The position numbers were made by a program, and so were the translations under genes. Shown piece by piece: positions 38,986 to 52,031 of a stretch of DNA of 64,000 nt. How positions within the stretch are numbered: position 1 is the stretch's first letter; each line of letters starts with the position of its first letter. Below the pieces are notes generated by a model. The model searched no databases and was not told the origin of the DNA. It was given only the letters and a program-made list of their open reading frames with translations. Origin of the DNA: Squalus acanthias (taxonomy: Eukaryota); NCBI GenBank assembly GCA_030390025.1, contig CM059442.1:11408001-11472000 (forward strand), in the 5' to 3' direction.

Positions 38986-39351
38986 TGGAAGCATTACATT
39001 GGTGCAGGAGTTGGTGAGCATTGCAAGGCTTGGAGTTAAGGCACACTACTAGAAAAGAACTGAGGGGGGTTTTACGCTTCATGTAGCAATATGGTATCTG
39101 TCACAGTAGTGTTTCAAGCTGACAAAAGATGCATAAAGTTTGTTTTTAAATATCCATTTCGAATGTACTATACCTTAATGAGCACAAAATTCTTCCTTAC
39201 ATGGATTACGGTAATATTAAAATCTCACATTTTACATTAGTTTAATATGCAGATAAAACCTTTTCCAGATCTGTTCTATGTAATTGTGTTTTAAGCTATT
39301 AATTGACTGGAACCACAGCCTTTTATTTGCAGCAGGAACTGTATACAGTGG

Positions 39352-40045
39352 ACAAAAGCAAAATACTCCAGATGCTGGAATTCTGAGATAAAAACAGAAA
39401 ATGCTGGAAATACTCAGCAGGTCAGGCAGCATCTGTGGAGAGAGAAACAGAGTTAACGTTTCAGGTCGATGACCCTTCGTCAGAACTGGAAAAAGTTAGA
39501 GAAGTAACCGGTTTTAAGCAAGTGTAGGGGCAGGGAAAGGGAGAAGGGGAGGAAAGAACAAAGGGAAGGCCTGTGATAGGGTGGAAGGCAGGAGAGATTA
39601 AAAGGCAAAAGGAGATGGTAATTGGACAAGTTGAGAAACAAAAGATGACTAGATGAGGTGTAAATGGCAATGGCAGAATCATCAACAGTTGCCATGTGAG
39701 AGAGAAAAAAAAAATAGGGGCCGAGGTTATGGTCTGAAATGGTTGAACTCGATGTTGAGTCCAGAGGGCTGTAAAGTGCCTAATCGAAAGATGAGGTGCT
39801 GTTCCTCGAGCTTACGTTGAGCTTCGTTGGAACATTGCAAGAGGCCGAGGACGGTGAGGTCAGAGTGGGAGTGGAGCGGAGAATTAAAGTGACAGGCGAC
39901 CGGAAGCTCGGAGTCACGCTTACGGACTGAACGAGGTGTTCCGCAAAGCGGTCACCCAATCTGCGTTTGGTCTCCGCAATGTAGAGGAGCGAACAGCATT
40001 GTGAGCAGCGAACACAGTATACTAAATTGCAAGAAGTACAAGTGG
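39352..40045 (-). mobile_element. Penelope-like element (second family), GIY-YIG fragment plus pLTR
   Basis: Encodes TCTSCNLVYCVRCSQC...LYIAETKRRLGDRFAEHL, then frameshifts. The pLTR carries a hammerhead motif. Confidence 0.9.
39451..39487 (-). ncRNA. Minimal hammerhead ribozyme (second PLE family)
   Basis: Minus strand reads agtt-CTGACGA-agggtc-atc-gacct-GAAA-cgtt-aact, with a palindromic AACGTT stem III and stem I agtt/aact. Confidence 0.75.
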
Positions 40046-40107
40046 AGATGGGCATAGGCCAATGGTCTCTACTTACACTGGACCCAATCTGTCTGGGCAA
40101 TTGCATT

Positions 40108-40287
40108 ACATAGAATCATAAAGCACAGGAGGAGGCCATTCGGCCCACCATGCCTGTGCCGGCTCTTTGAGCTATCCACTCCCCTGCACTTTCCCCACAG
40201 CCCTGCAAATTTTTCCTTTGAGTGTGTGTGTAATTCCCTTTTGAAAGTTACTATTGAATCTGCTTCCACTACCCTTTCAGGCAGCGT
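40108..40287 (-). mobile_element. CR1 LINE 3' fragment
   Basis: Encodes LPERVVEADSIVTFKREL, with a catagaatcata tail. Confidence 0.85.
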
Positions 40288-40717
40288 ATTAAAGTAACAA
40301 ACGAAATATTTATGCAAGATTCATTGTGTTTTCTCAATGGGTTTTATCAGTTTGTCCGGGTAAACCGTACCTCATGCAGGTCTAAGTTTGTTTTCTGCAC
40401 TGCCTCCCCTACTCTCTGCTGCTGTCTAATAGCAATTCAGTTTGATGCAGGATTGGATCTCCATTAAAACCTCTTTACTTGTCTGCTGACTGCGCAACTA
40501 TCAAACTATGGAGGTTTGGTATTGTTGGTTCGAGCACTGCAACCTGAGGGGCCCGTTTGTTTGCCTGCAACAGACATCAGATAACCTGGACAAATTGGGT
40601 CTGCACCGATGAGTCTGCTCGAAACGGTCGACACTGTCGTAGCCAATTGTTTATGCCATTATAGTGAGCTGCTGTTCTTTAACATGTTGCACAATGAAAC
40701 CTGTGAACCAATTGCAG

Positions 40718-40886
40718 GTAGAGAAGACCTTGGCTTCCCTCGCTGCAGCACAGAACCTGGATACATTTTTGGACCTGTATCGACAACATATAAGTCAGCT
40801 GATTGGATGGGTGGCTGACACGCAGCACCAGTGGACCAACTACTCTGTGCAGCACCTGCAGTTTGAAACTATTATTACTCAATCGG
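40718..40886 (+). CDS. DNAAF5: DNAAF5 coding exon (probably exon 8), 169 nt
   Basis: Encodes VEKTLASLAAAQNLDTFLDLYRQHISQLIGWVADTQHQWTNYSVQHLQFETIITQS(G). Acceptor ttgcAG, donor GTaagg, phase 0/1. Confidence 0.93.
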
Positions 40887-42779
40887 GTAAGGAGGATAAA
40901 TTGTGTCGCTCAGTCCGATTTTACATAGCCGCCATCTTATGCCTAAATATCTTTGTTAAATATTTTGCATATGACGTTTTCTGCATACTTGAGGACTATC
41001 GCTGTGATAAGTTTCAGAATATCAAGGCCTATCCGTATTTAAACCACTGTACAGTGGAACTTCTATTATCTGCACCCCAATTATTCACCTACCCAACTGT
41101 CTGCCAAATATATGGGGCAGGGTGGCAGGGGTATGGGGCCGAGCTTAATTTCCCAGTCTGCTAACTCCAATCTTCTCCTGTCTGGTATAAATCAACATCG
41201 CAGCCAAGAAAGATTCCGTTCGGTTTGTCAGTTGTGTTCCACTTTGTCCTCAGTCCCCCACCGAGGGTCCTGCAGTACCATGCATGTAAGACCAAACTTT
41301 GGGGTCACTCGAATACCCTGCAGTTTCCACTATCCATCACGGATGCTCCTTCCATCATGGTCGATAATGGCCGCTCACTTCCATTCCATTGTTTCCCAGA
41401 ATTCTAAGCAATTTTTTCAAACAAATCCAACCTGTTAACCTCTTTCAATGGAGCTTTATTTTTCAGTTCTTTTATCACTTCTGTTGCACATATCTTCAAC
41501 GTGATCCTAATAGAGCAGCTGGGTTTATTTTAATTTAGTATGTTTTCCAATTGAATAAATCTGTTCAGATCTGAACAAAGTGAGCTTGTGATTGTACTGC
41601 TGTAATATGGCATTTAAAATGGGCTGTCGCTCTGCTCACAGCCTTGTGTATATTAAGGGTTTTCTTCCTTTTCCTGTTTTTTGTTGAAAAATCCTTTCTT
41701 TAATTTTTTTTATCAGTAACAAGTCTGGGATTACTATAGCTGTGTAGTGAAATACATAATTCAAAATCCAGTATCGTGGTAGTTCTATGGTAACTGCAGT
41801 GCTGGAATGTTGGCAGGAGCCTTGCATTGGAGTCCCAGTATTGAGTGAAATTCGCAGAGGTTTTCCTGAGGGGAGTACCTCTACCCAGTGGCAACCAAGT
41901 CTCCTGGGTGGGGACAGAAAGGGGAGGGGGGAAGCATAACACTTGTGACAACTGGAGCAGCGAGCTTTTCAATGAAGACATTTGTGTGGGTTGAGCTGGA
42001 GAAAAATAAAAGGAAATTTTAAAAAAAAGGTTATATATAATACTCATCTATTTAATGTATAAGTTTTTTTTGTTAAAATAGTCAAACTAGCTGCACTTCA
42101 TTTTTTTTGCTCATTAAATTGAGAGGCATCAGTGCTGGGGGCATGAAATGTTTTTCTTCTCTTTGTATTCAGATATCAGCATCCAGCAGTCCCACGTCAA
42201 CTATAGCATGGAACTGATGCAATACAAAGTTCCTTGGTGCAATGGTCCCCATAAGGAAATCCTGTCGCCTACATTCCGGAAGCTGTACTTTATTTTTATA
42301 CTGTCCTTGCAGAATTCTGTACCCAAGATGACAATTATCCCAATTGCAGTAATCTGGTTACTGGATTTGGCTGAGTCTTGTGCTACGGTTCCAAACCCTA
42401 CTTGCAATGATAGATATGAATACACACACGAGCAGTTTTCTGGTCAAACTAATTACCTTTCTTGACACACAAATGGTAGTAAAAGTTCATTTACCAAAGT
42501 TCTGTTTCTAAACTGTACATGCACCTTGGTTTGTGCTTTTGCTTGCATCTTCGTTAACCCTAAGACACAGTTTGCTCCTGGGACCTTTTTGCACAGTTCG
42601 AGCAACTGCTTTTTTAAAAGAACTGCAGCTTTTAACCTCATTTCATGTGGCACCTTCATAGCTGACTGAGGTAGGAGACTTTCATTCCATCAGTTCAGGC
42701 TAGCTTCAAGCCCAGGGCTTCCAGATCTTATCCCGTATGTCAGTCAATCCCTTAGTACACTTCTCAAGCAGAGCATTAT

Positions 42780-43535
42780 GAACTGCTACCATTTACTTTT
42801 AATGGCCCAGCGAAGGAATGGTGCTCGCTGTTCGCTGTTCACCTCGCTGACAGCTGCCCAGAGAGTTTTCTCAGGCTTTCGAGCGCAGACTTGCTCAAAT
42901 CCAGTGTCTGATCCAGCGCAGCACCCTCTACAGGGCATCTGTGGTGTCTGTGAGCAGGACACGAAACAGCGAGGCTCTTCAACCAATCAGATTGAAGGTT
43001 CCTCACTGAGACACGCAGAGTCTAAACCAGTAAGTATAAAGCAGAAAGTATAAATTAGATTTAAATCATGTACAGAAAGCGAAATAAAGATTGGGAAAGA
43101 CAGATGTGATAGAGAGAGAGAGATAAAAGAGACAGACAGAAAAAGTTAAAAATTAACTTCTGAAGGAATGAGACTCCGCATTTGTAAAATTACATTTTTA
43201 GGGCCAGAAAGGTTGTTTGGCAGCACTTATCATGACGTTAAAAATTTACTTACTCCTAAAAGCCCTCCTGAATTCACCAGCCCTAACTTTTTCTGCCGTG
43301 TTTAGTGGATAAGTACCTCAACTTCACGTCGTTGTATGTTATTTCAATGCCGAGTCTATCGGCGAGGTTCTGTTATACTGCAGCCTTTGGAGGAGCAGGG
43401 TAACTCCGACCGCAACTTCCAGATTTCCGCGTTTAACTGCGCATGTGTGTACTCCTGAAGTTGCTGTCCGATTTACTCCATAATAACGGTGAGCACTGAC
43501 AGCCTCACCGTTATTGTTAACACAAAATCTGGGCC
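42780..43535. mobile_element. Probable non-autonomous DNA transposon (MITE-like), left boundary uncertain
   Basis: Ends in aaaatctgggcc, like the TIR of the 53173-53916 element. Internal hairpin ataataacggtgag/ctcaccgttattgt and a tgcgcatg motif. Confidence 0.45.
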
Positions 43536-45879
43536 AAAATGTTGGTGGTGTGAGCAATTACTGAATGATTTTAGATTTTGTTTGCAGCCTCTGTGTGGAA
43601 ATGCAGTCAAAGTACTTTTACAGTTTGCATCAAATATTTGTTATTTGCAAGCTTTCTATAATATTTCATAGATAAAGAGAAAAATAATCTGTGTATGCTA
43701 TAAAATCTGAAATAACAGAAAATGCTGGAAATACACATGCATCAACATCTGAAAGGAGAGAGCGCAGATTAACATTTGGAGTTATATACCCTTTACCAAA
43801 ACGTGTCTCTTTTTGGATGCTAATGGATTTCTGTGTTTAGAACGTTTTGCCATCATTGTGTTAAATTGGCAAATAGTCAGCATATAATGCCAAATAATCT
43901 ACTCCCTGGACAGAGAAGCCAAGTAGCATCCTTATTTTCTACTGTATTTAAGGTGATAATATTGTTGGCAGGTTTCTTCCTATTCTTCATACAAACTGGA
44001 AATGTCTGGCTAAATATTTGGTTTCCATGGTGATCTCTTGTCTGTGGTGGTGTTTCTGTCTTGTCTGTTGCACAGCCTCCAATAAAGCTGCTTTTATTAA
44101 ATAACTGCATTCTTCCATCGCCTCTTCCCACCCCCAGTATGCACCTACATACTATTTGATTGGTTGACTGTATTCCCTTTCCTTTCTTCATTTATCTTTT
44201 TCTTACTGCACTCTCTGAATCCTGAGATAATTTCACATTTGCTTCAACCTACAGTCAGCATGTTCCTTTTGGCTTTCCTCCTCTTGGGCTTTTCCATCAC
44301 AAATAGAAACCTTCTCCTCTAAATTAATTCATATAGGGTGCCCGTTTCAACAAACAGTTGCAATCTGGTAGGGTTGTGAAGTTATTTTAAGTACCCAGTA
44401 TGCACTGAGCATGCCTACTGTTGGTTGAAACCTGGAGTGCCACTTGGTATTGGAGTAAGAGTCCCCTCTTCTGTGTGCTGTTGGCTGAAGGAAGTTTGTG
44501 TGGAGGTTTTGAGCCTATATGTGCACTGAAATGGTTGTGTTCTGCTGTGCCTCAAAGCAAAAGTTTGACTTGGACATACATTAGTTTCCAGTATGGGCCT
44601 TTGGTGAGCTATCGTAAGGATCCTAAGAGAAGAACTACTTTAAACATTGTATTATTGACCGCTATCCCTGGTGCAAACTTGTACTCGTAACTCTGCCATC
44701 TGTATCCTGAAACTGGTATTCTCAAGATCTTGCATTTGAGGGATTTGCACATTGTGACACTGGTGAATAGGCGGCAGTAACGCAGCACCTGAGAATGTGA
44801 CATTCCCTAATGTTTCTCAGTGTAATAGGGTGGTCTTCTGTGCACTCTCCCACCTCGGATTCTCTACCCATTCATTGGGCAGAAAATGGCGGGCAGGGGA
44901 GTGTGGAAGAGGAAAATCTTCCCTGTTGTTTGGTCTCAGCAGGAGGTGTATATATAAAATATAGCGGCTTATTACTGCATTTGGTCATATATTTGAAAAA
45001 CGCGCAATTGATAGCGAACATTAGATATTGCTAATCTAATTAGCTACTAGTAGAACCCCACCACCATCAAAAATATCTTCAAAGATGTTTCATAGTCCGA
45101 GATCCATCTAAAATATTCCTGTTGTCAAGTAGCCAGACCACGCAGATAATGTTGCACTTGTTCCATTTACAGATTCAGATCTGATAGTTTCCATAACTTT
45201 ACAAAGTGTATTATTACAAAACTCAGGCACGTTCCAGACAAGTTTTGTGCATGAGCTGTTCATTGCCACAGGGCAGGAGCTGAGTAGGGGTTTAAATGAA
45301 ACTGCTTACCTACAGCTGAATTCATATTCCGTTTCTTTGGAGGCAGTTTTTAAACTGCTATCTGTAGGTGGAAGTTTTCATCTCAAAATAACAAAATTGC
45401 CAAATTGGCACTGTTTATATTGTACGTTTATAGTTTGGTCAGAGCAATCCAGAATTCACAGCCATTGTGTAAGGTGAGCAACTGATAGGATCTTTGAGAA
45501 CTAACAGATTTATCACAGATGTGAGTTTACTTTGTTGAGCTCAGCAGTGCTCCTAAATGGAAGGGGATCCCTCTCAAACCAGGCTGAATGAAAGCTGTGG
45601 TCATTTCTTACACACAAGGTATTTTACATAAGTTGTGCAATTGATGAATTAAGTAAAATGAGTGTTCTTTCTGTAATGGTTTCTCAATTAGCCGTAAGAT
45701 ATATAAAATCTAACAGGACAAAATTGCTTTTAGTTTTCTAAAGTAAAAGTTCATCTCAATACAACCTTTATGCACATGGTGTTTATCTAGTTATTAAATA
45801 TTCTGAAAATAAAGCTGTGCTTTTTAAGTACTGTTCTAGCGGAATCGCTTGCTGAGGTTGTCTGTACTGTGTTTCGTAG

Positions 45880-46027
45880 GTCCTGTACTTGGGGAATCAC
45901 TCCATGAAGTTTTTCCAGTCTTGAAAACCTGCCTTCAGCCCAGCAGAGATCCCGAGATGCGCTTAAAACTCTTCACTATTTTATCAAAATTGCTGCTGAA
46001 TGCCAATGAAACTCTGAACTCTCAAGG
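45880..46027 (+). CDS. DNAAF5: DNAAF5 coding exon (probably exon 9), 148 nt
   Basis: Encodes (G)[48 protein letters not shown](G). Acceptor gtgtttcgtAG, donor GTaggt, phase 1/2. Confidence 0.95.
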
Positions 46028-49000
46028 GTAGGTACATCGTAGATGCAGGTGTAAGTTCAATGATACCAAATTTCTCTGAGCAAGAATTAATTATTGTTAA
46101 TACCTTTTGATATTTTACATTTTAAGGTCGGTAAAAGAAGAATTAGCTGCATGGTAAATTTATATATAAATTAGTCCCAAGGATGCAGTTGCCACTGTAA
46201 AACCACTTGTGGGTATTTCTGCATCGCAGTAGAGGTGTCAGTGGAAGAGTGGAACCATGAAACAGTGGAGCTGTGTATGGGATTAACATATTTGCCTTCC
46301 ACGCAATCCCAGTGCAGTGAAAGAGTACGTGGTATCTGTCAGTATGCTTGAGGCCTTCGCGACCGGTGGGCACCGCAGAGATTGGAGTGTATACTGGACA
46401 CTAGGTGTAATATTATTAATTTTATAAGTGTCCTTTGTTTTATGGTTTGGTTCCTTATTAGTTGTGCCTCTCTAAAATGGGGGCACTTTTGTTTGATGAC
46501 ACTGGAGCAACCCAGTGTCTCCTTATTGGTTAGTTAGAAAAGGCAAAGAGAATCTTGGGTGAAAGGGGAGTAAAAGGCGTTCAAGTCTGGTGATGGTGGG
46601 TGAGCTGAAGGCCCTTGTTGCTCTGCGGCTAAATACAGATCCTTGCTTCAGGAATTGCGTGCAACCCGCCAGAGATTTAGATCATTTAGGGCATTCCACG
46701 GTGCCACTTTCTTGAAAGGTGATGATGTGCCATTAAGCAAATAGTTCCATTTCCTGAAAAGAAAACCACCTTCTACGCTGGGAATAGTTGTCTCAAAGTG
46801 CAATTTTAAAAGCCGTCAATTATTTGGTGTGATGGTGTGAAGCTAATCACTGAAATGCAGCAAAAAAACATTTGTTGCTACGAGCCACCATTTTACACCG
46901 AGCTTCTTCATTTATTTTATGTATTAGTTTGTTTCATCGTGCCTGCCAGCTTTGGTTGACATGAGGGGCAGCAGGTTTCCGAGTGCTTTATTTGAAATGA
47001 CCGTAGAAAAATCATTCCGGGAGACTACCCATACCCTGGGACAGATTATGCTTCTTCACTGCAGGATGTTTACTACTTTTTTGTGGAATTTTACAGACTT
47101 ATGATTCAGATGACAGGTGCACAATTTCTGTCATGGCTCAGGGCCACACATGCGAATTCTTTGTCTCGAATGGACTCCAATAGTTCTTGGCCTTGCAGAC
47201 TGCCAGACTCTAAGTGTTCATCATACAATTTCTGTGTGGCCCACCCACTTGTTCCGTTTTCTCTCTTATTTTGTTTTTTTTTCTGTTTTACATGATTGGT
47301 CTTGAATGCAAAGCATTTTTGGTTTTTTTCCTTGTGCAAATCCTATTGGAAAAACTGTATAAAGCCAAACTAGCATTGTGCTTTGATGTGGACATTTTAC
47401 CTATCAACGGTCTCTATTAACAATGCCAACACAGACAAAACTGGAAAAGGGTCATTGAATGCAGACCACCTTGTAGAATTGCATTAGTCAGTTCAGGTTG
47501 AATTATTAACCGGATTAAAATCAATGTTTCCTTCTCTGGGTAATCCAACATCAATCACACATGATGTATTTAATTATGTTTTAAGAAATTACTTTTAATT
47601 ATGTACTATTTTGGATGCGCCATAGTTTTGGCAGCAATTGGGGCCATTTTAACAATTGTAATGAGGCAGCGCCATCTTCTGGACTGTGCGAACTATAACA
47701 CAGATGGAAGTGATTCTTCTCTCGAGCCCAACCTTTTGAAGTTAACAGTTAACATTGAAGATTCGAGTTTGGCATTCAAAGTGAGTTTTTCTGACACAAA
47801 CTCGTGTACGTTATTGATGAGGTGTATCAAAATATGAATTGGCATGTTGTACTGTATTGCTGACATCTTAATTTCTCCATATTTATGGTGTCAGCCTTGT
47901 TTCATTCAAAGTACGCATGGAATGTGCAGAGAAAGAAAAAATAAAGTCGGGTAAATTGAGCTGGGGATGGGGAGACGGAAATACCTTCAATTGTAGGAAA
48001 GTGATCTGAAAAGACCTTCCTTTAGTACAGTAGAGATGAGTGCAATATTCTAACTTGGCTTAAATCAGACCCTTGCACAACTCTACACTGCAGCCAATCA
48101 GAAATCTATGGGACAAATTCCTTCTATTAAATCCCTCATCAACAAAAGCAGTTTATAACATACGTTATCTATTATTTTTTTTTAGTTTTCGTGGAGGTAT
48201 GGAGAGTGTTCCTAAATTTTAGCCTCAATGTTAATAATACATATCATCATCAATAAGATTTAACTTTTTGTATTTCAAAATAAAACTAGCACACAGATCC
48301 ACAATAAGGCAGTCTTTCGTTAGGGTTGACAAATCTGAGAGCTGTTTTTCCCTCCCCACATAACACCTCCAGTATAATAGTCGTTCTAGGAGACATGTGT
48401 CTTTTTGAAAATGTAGAATTGCAATTTCCTTCTGAGCCAAGGACTACTTGCAATATGCTGCCCAGTTGAATCACAAAGTGAGCAAGTCCACGCTCCCAAA
48501 ACGACTCCCAAGGACTATTATTCATATTGTATATTCCTAATTCTTTTCCCAAAACCGATTAATGCCACAGGGCCAGCTCCATCTATCTTTACTGAATGCC
48601 ATACTAGCTGGATTGCAAATTGTTTCCAAGCTTTATTTTTTTAATTGCTCCCCCATCCTTTGACCAGTTTATTTTACCTCTTTCTCAAATAATTTGCCTT
48701 TTTTGTTGTTGCAGGAATTGTCCCTGTTTTTTATTCGCTCACAGGGACGGTTGTCCCTTTTGCACATTGGTGCAGTTGTGGATTTTTTTTTTTAATGCAT
48801 GGATATTTATTTGTCAGCATGATTTGGGCATATTAGTACAGTTTCACATGCTTTAAGACCAAAATCTCAGCTCCTTCATTTATTTGTTTACCTCTTGTTA
48901 ATATCACTAGTTGTATTATGAATAATCCCTAATGAGAGAAAAAAATAATTGAGCAGTACTTCATATTTTAATTTGTATGTTCACTTGTGTTTGAATTTGA

Positions 49001-50126
49001 AGCACTTTCTCTGTAATTTTGGAAGTTTTGTTTTGGACTTTGTTGCATCAACTGCAGCTGTGCCTTCTCTGTTGCCAATGGCTAGAAGTGTTGTGCAAAA
49101 TCTGTACACCTTTCCAATAGAGGAGGCTTCAGCTGTTATCTAACATCCAGGCAGAGTTGGGAAATACCCAAACAAAGAAATCATTCAAGGCGGCCAACAA
49201 ATCCAGCCACTTGGACCACACTCCTCCAACTGCACATCAAAGACTCAGCCTTCAATGGCACATTGAAATAAAAAAATTCAGGAAAAGTTAAAGTTAAGGT
49301 AAAGCAAGCTAAGTCAACATCCAAGTTTTGAACCGCCCGAACCCAGCTCTCTGCGCCACACCTATCTTGTACTCTGCTCTGCTGCCTTTCACCACTGCCA
49401 GCTACCTTCTGTTAAGTAACCAAGCTCGTGTAGAAAATATCCTGTAAGCCGGTGGTTTTCGAGCTTTATTTTATCTGTGGGGGGGGAACCTCTCCAAAAA
49501 TAGCGAAACACACCTGGAAACCCCCCGTCCTAATTTCCCAAAGAAAATGCCAGCTGCCAAAAGAAAAAGAATTCTGCCATTGCAGATAACATTGTTCATT
49601 ATTATACAGCAGCAGAAGTTACCTGCTGATAGGGCAACTAATGCAGAAATTCCATGTTGGTCCGACAGACAGAAATCACCTCGTTCTGTTCAAAGGGAAA
49701 TCACCAGATCTGCCCCTTTAATTCTTCAGCTCAGGGAGGTTTCAGATAACCCAGAATCTGGGCTCAGGCTCCACATTCACAGCTCACTTTGTTTGTTGTC
49801 CAGTTGCACCTTATCTAGCCTCGGGTAACATGGCAAACATGTTTGGAAACATGTTAGAGTGTAATAATTCCCCACCACCACCGTTCTGGTGTGTGTTGGT
49901 GGCTCATGTTCTGACTGGACTCCTTTCACACTCAGGGTCATTTCACTGTCTCCACTTCTTTTAGGGCAATAACAATCCTAAGTCTTAATAAGATGCTTTT
50001 TCAGTATTGAATGATCTCTGCGAGCTCCCAGTATTTTGTTTTTGGTAGCCTTCGCTGTTGTGTTAAACATGTGGCTACAAATTGAAATCTAACCGGACAG
50101 AATTGAACTGTAAATTATTTGACATA

Positions 50127-50310
50127 AGCAAAATACTGCGGATGCTGGAAACATGAAATAAAAAACAGAAAATGCTGAAAGCACTCCGCAGGTCAGGCAG
50201 CATCTGTGTAGAGCAGAGGAGTTAATGTCATCGACCTGACACGTTGACTCTGTTTCGCTCTACACAGATGCTGCCTGACCTGCTGAGTGTTTCCAGCATT
50301 TTCGGTTTGC
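50127..50310. mobile_element. Foldback of two inverted Penelope pLTR ends
   Basis: gcaggtcaggcagcatctgtgtagagc pairs perfectly with gctctacacagatgctgcctgacctgc. Flanking pairing extends over 50168-50303. Confidence 0.85.
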
Positions 50311-51880
50311 AAATTGTTTGAGTCCCCATTGTGACCAAAACAGTACAGATTTATGCCTTGTTTAAGTGCTACAAAATAGCAAGCTGACAGCTACATTTAA
50401 TTGCAAAGAACCTATGAAAGTGTGGAACAAAAAGGAAGCCATTTGGCTCTTCAAGTTCACTCCTTCTACTGACCATATAGAATCTGCTCGGTCATAACTC
50501 GATCCATGATATCTCTGGAAAAAAGATTCTGTAAAGTTTCTCCCTGCCAGCCGCCAAAAGATAAACTCCACAATACACATCTTTCAACCATGACTATTTG
50601 CTTTCCTTGGCCTGATGATTCTTTGTTCCCAGCAGCTCAGGGACCGGCATTTGATGATTTCTGCCTGTACTTATCCATATAGCCCTCAATCGGATTCCCA
50701 GCCAGATGTTCTCTCAGTTCTCTGTTTAAAAGGTCTAGATCAGTGCATGAAAGGATGCAGGAGAAGTTAAATAACAAACATGAACTTATTCCTCATTGAT
50801 CTGGAGGACACCGTGTATCCACATCGGTCTGCTCTCGAGTGTGGGAAAACCCACAGGTTTTGATGGGCTCTTGCATGTGTGAAATAATGTCCCAGATGTA
50901 ACCACCACTGGCTATTCTGATCTGCAGGTGCAGGGTTGCTCGTGGATCTTTAAATAACTTGTGTGACAGCAAGTTAATTAGGGGGTGTGAAAGTAAAGCT
51001 CTCGTGTTTGATTTTTACATGTGAAGTTGATCCGAATGACTGGGACATCATATCCAGTTGCAAACTGGGAAGCTCTTTCCCTTTGTCCAGATTCACATAT
51101 AAACAATGGCCACTTGGCCACGAATTGTACTCCACGACAGAGTAACTATCTTCAGGAGCGGTGAAGGGGAGTACATTGGGAGGAAAAGAAATGGAGGGAA
51201 AAAGCACTACAGATTTGAATTCCGAGTGCTGTGAGGCTTGCCTTGGTATTGATAATCATGTGAAATGCTCTTTGAATAAAAATGGAATATATAATTCCTG
51301 ATAGGTCATGGTAAAAAAATCAACAAAATATGACAAACTCCCATCATAACAGTCAATGGTAATCTTGACAAGAGCTTGTGAAGTACTAGAAATGGTCCTT
51401 GCAAGGCTACATCTTATTCTCGTGCAATCACCTTTTGTAAGCTGGACTCTTCATGAACTTGAAACATTTTATTAATGCCAAAGTGGAAATTATTCAGAGC
51501 AGTGGGTGACTCCCTTGCTGTACTGCTGTTTTTATACGAGCAGCTCTCAACCTGTGGTGTGATTTAAGAAAAATTAAATTACACAGAAAAATGCTGCACC
51601 CACAAAATTGCAAGCCATTATTTGATAAATATTCCATCTTTGATAATCAGATTGTTTGGTAAGATTAATCTCTCTCTTAATGAGCAAAGCCAGTCAGCTG
51701 AGCAAAAAGAAACAAACATTCTTCCTGCCCCACTAAACCTCGCCCTGCCATATTATTTGGTCGGAAATGCAGTGACTTCCCACCCACATCTCTTCAAAAT
51801 TAAAAAATTCCACATGTACAAGTTATTAATCCTGCCTCAGTTTTCAATTGCTAACTGCAGTGTCTTCTGTTTGGCTTCAG

Positions 51881-52031
51881 GCGGTTCAGTAGCTACCTGG
51901 AGACGCTTGTAAGAGATATTTTGGTGCCTAATCTGCTGTGGCATGCTGGGAGGACAGCAGCTGCGATCCGCACGACAGCCGTATCCTGTCTGTGGGCTCT
52001 GCTGCATAGCAAGATGATTACACTGCAACAG
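51881..52031 (+). CDS. DNAAF5: DNAAF5 coding exon (probably exon 10), 151 nt
   Basis: Not in the ORF track in this frame. Manual translation gives [50 protein letters not shown], containing the hallmark [12 protein letters not shown] motif. Acceptor ttggcttcAG, donor GTaaat. Confidence 0.96.
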
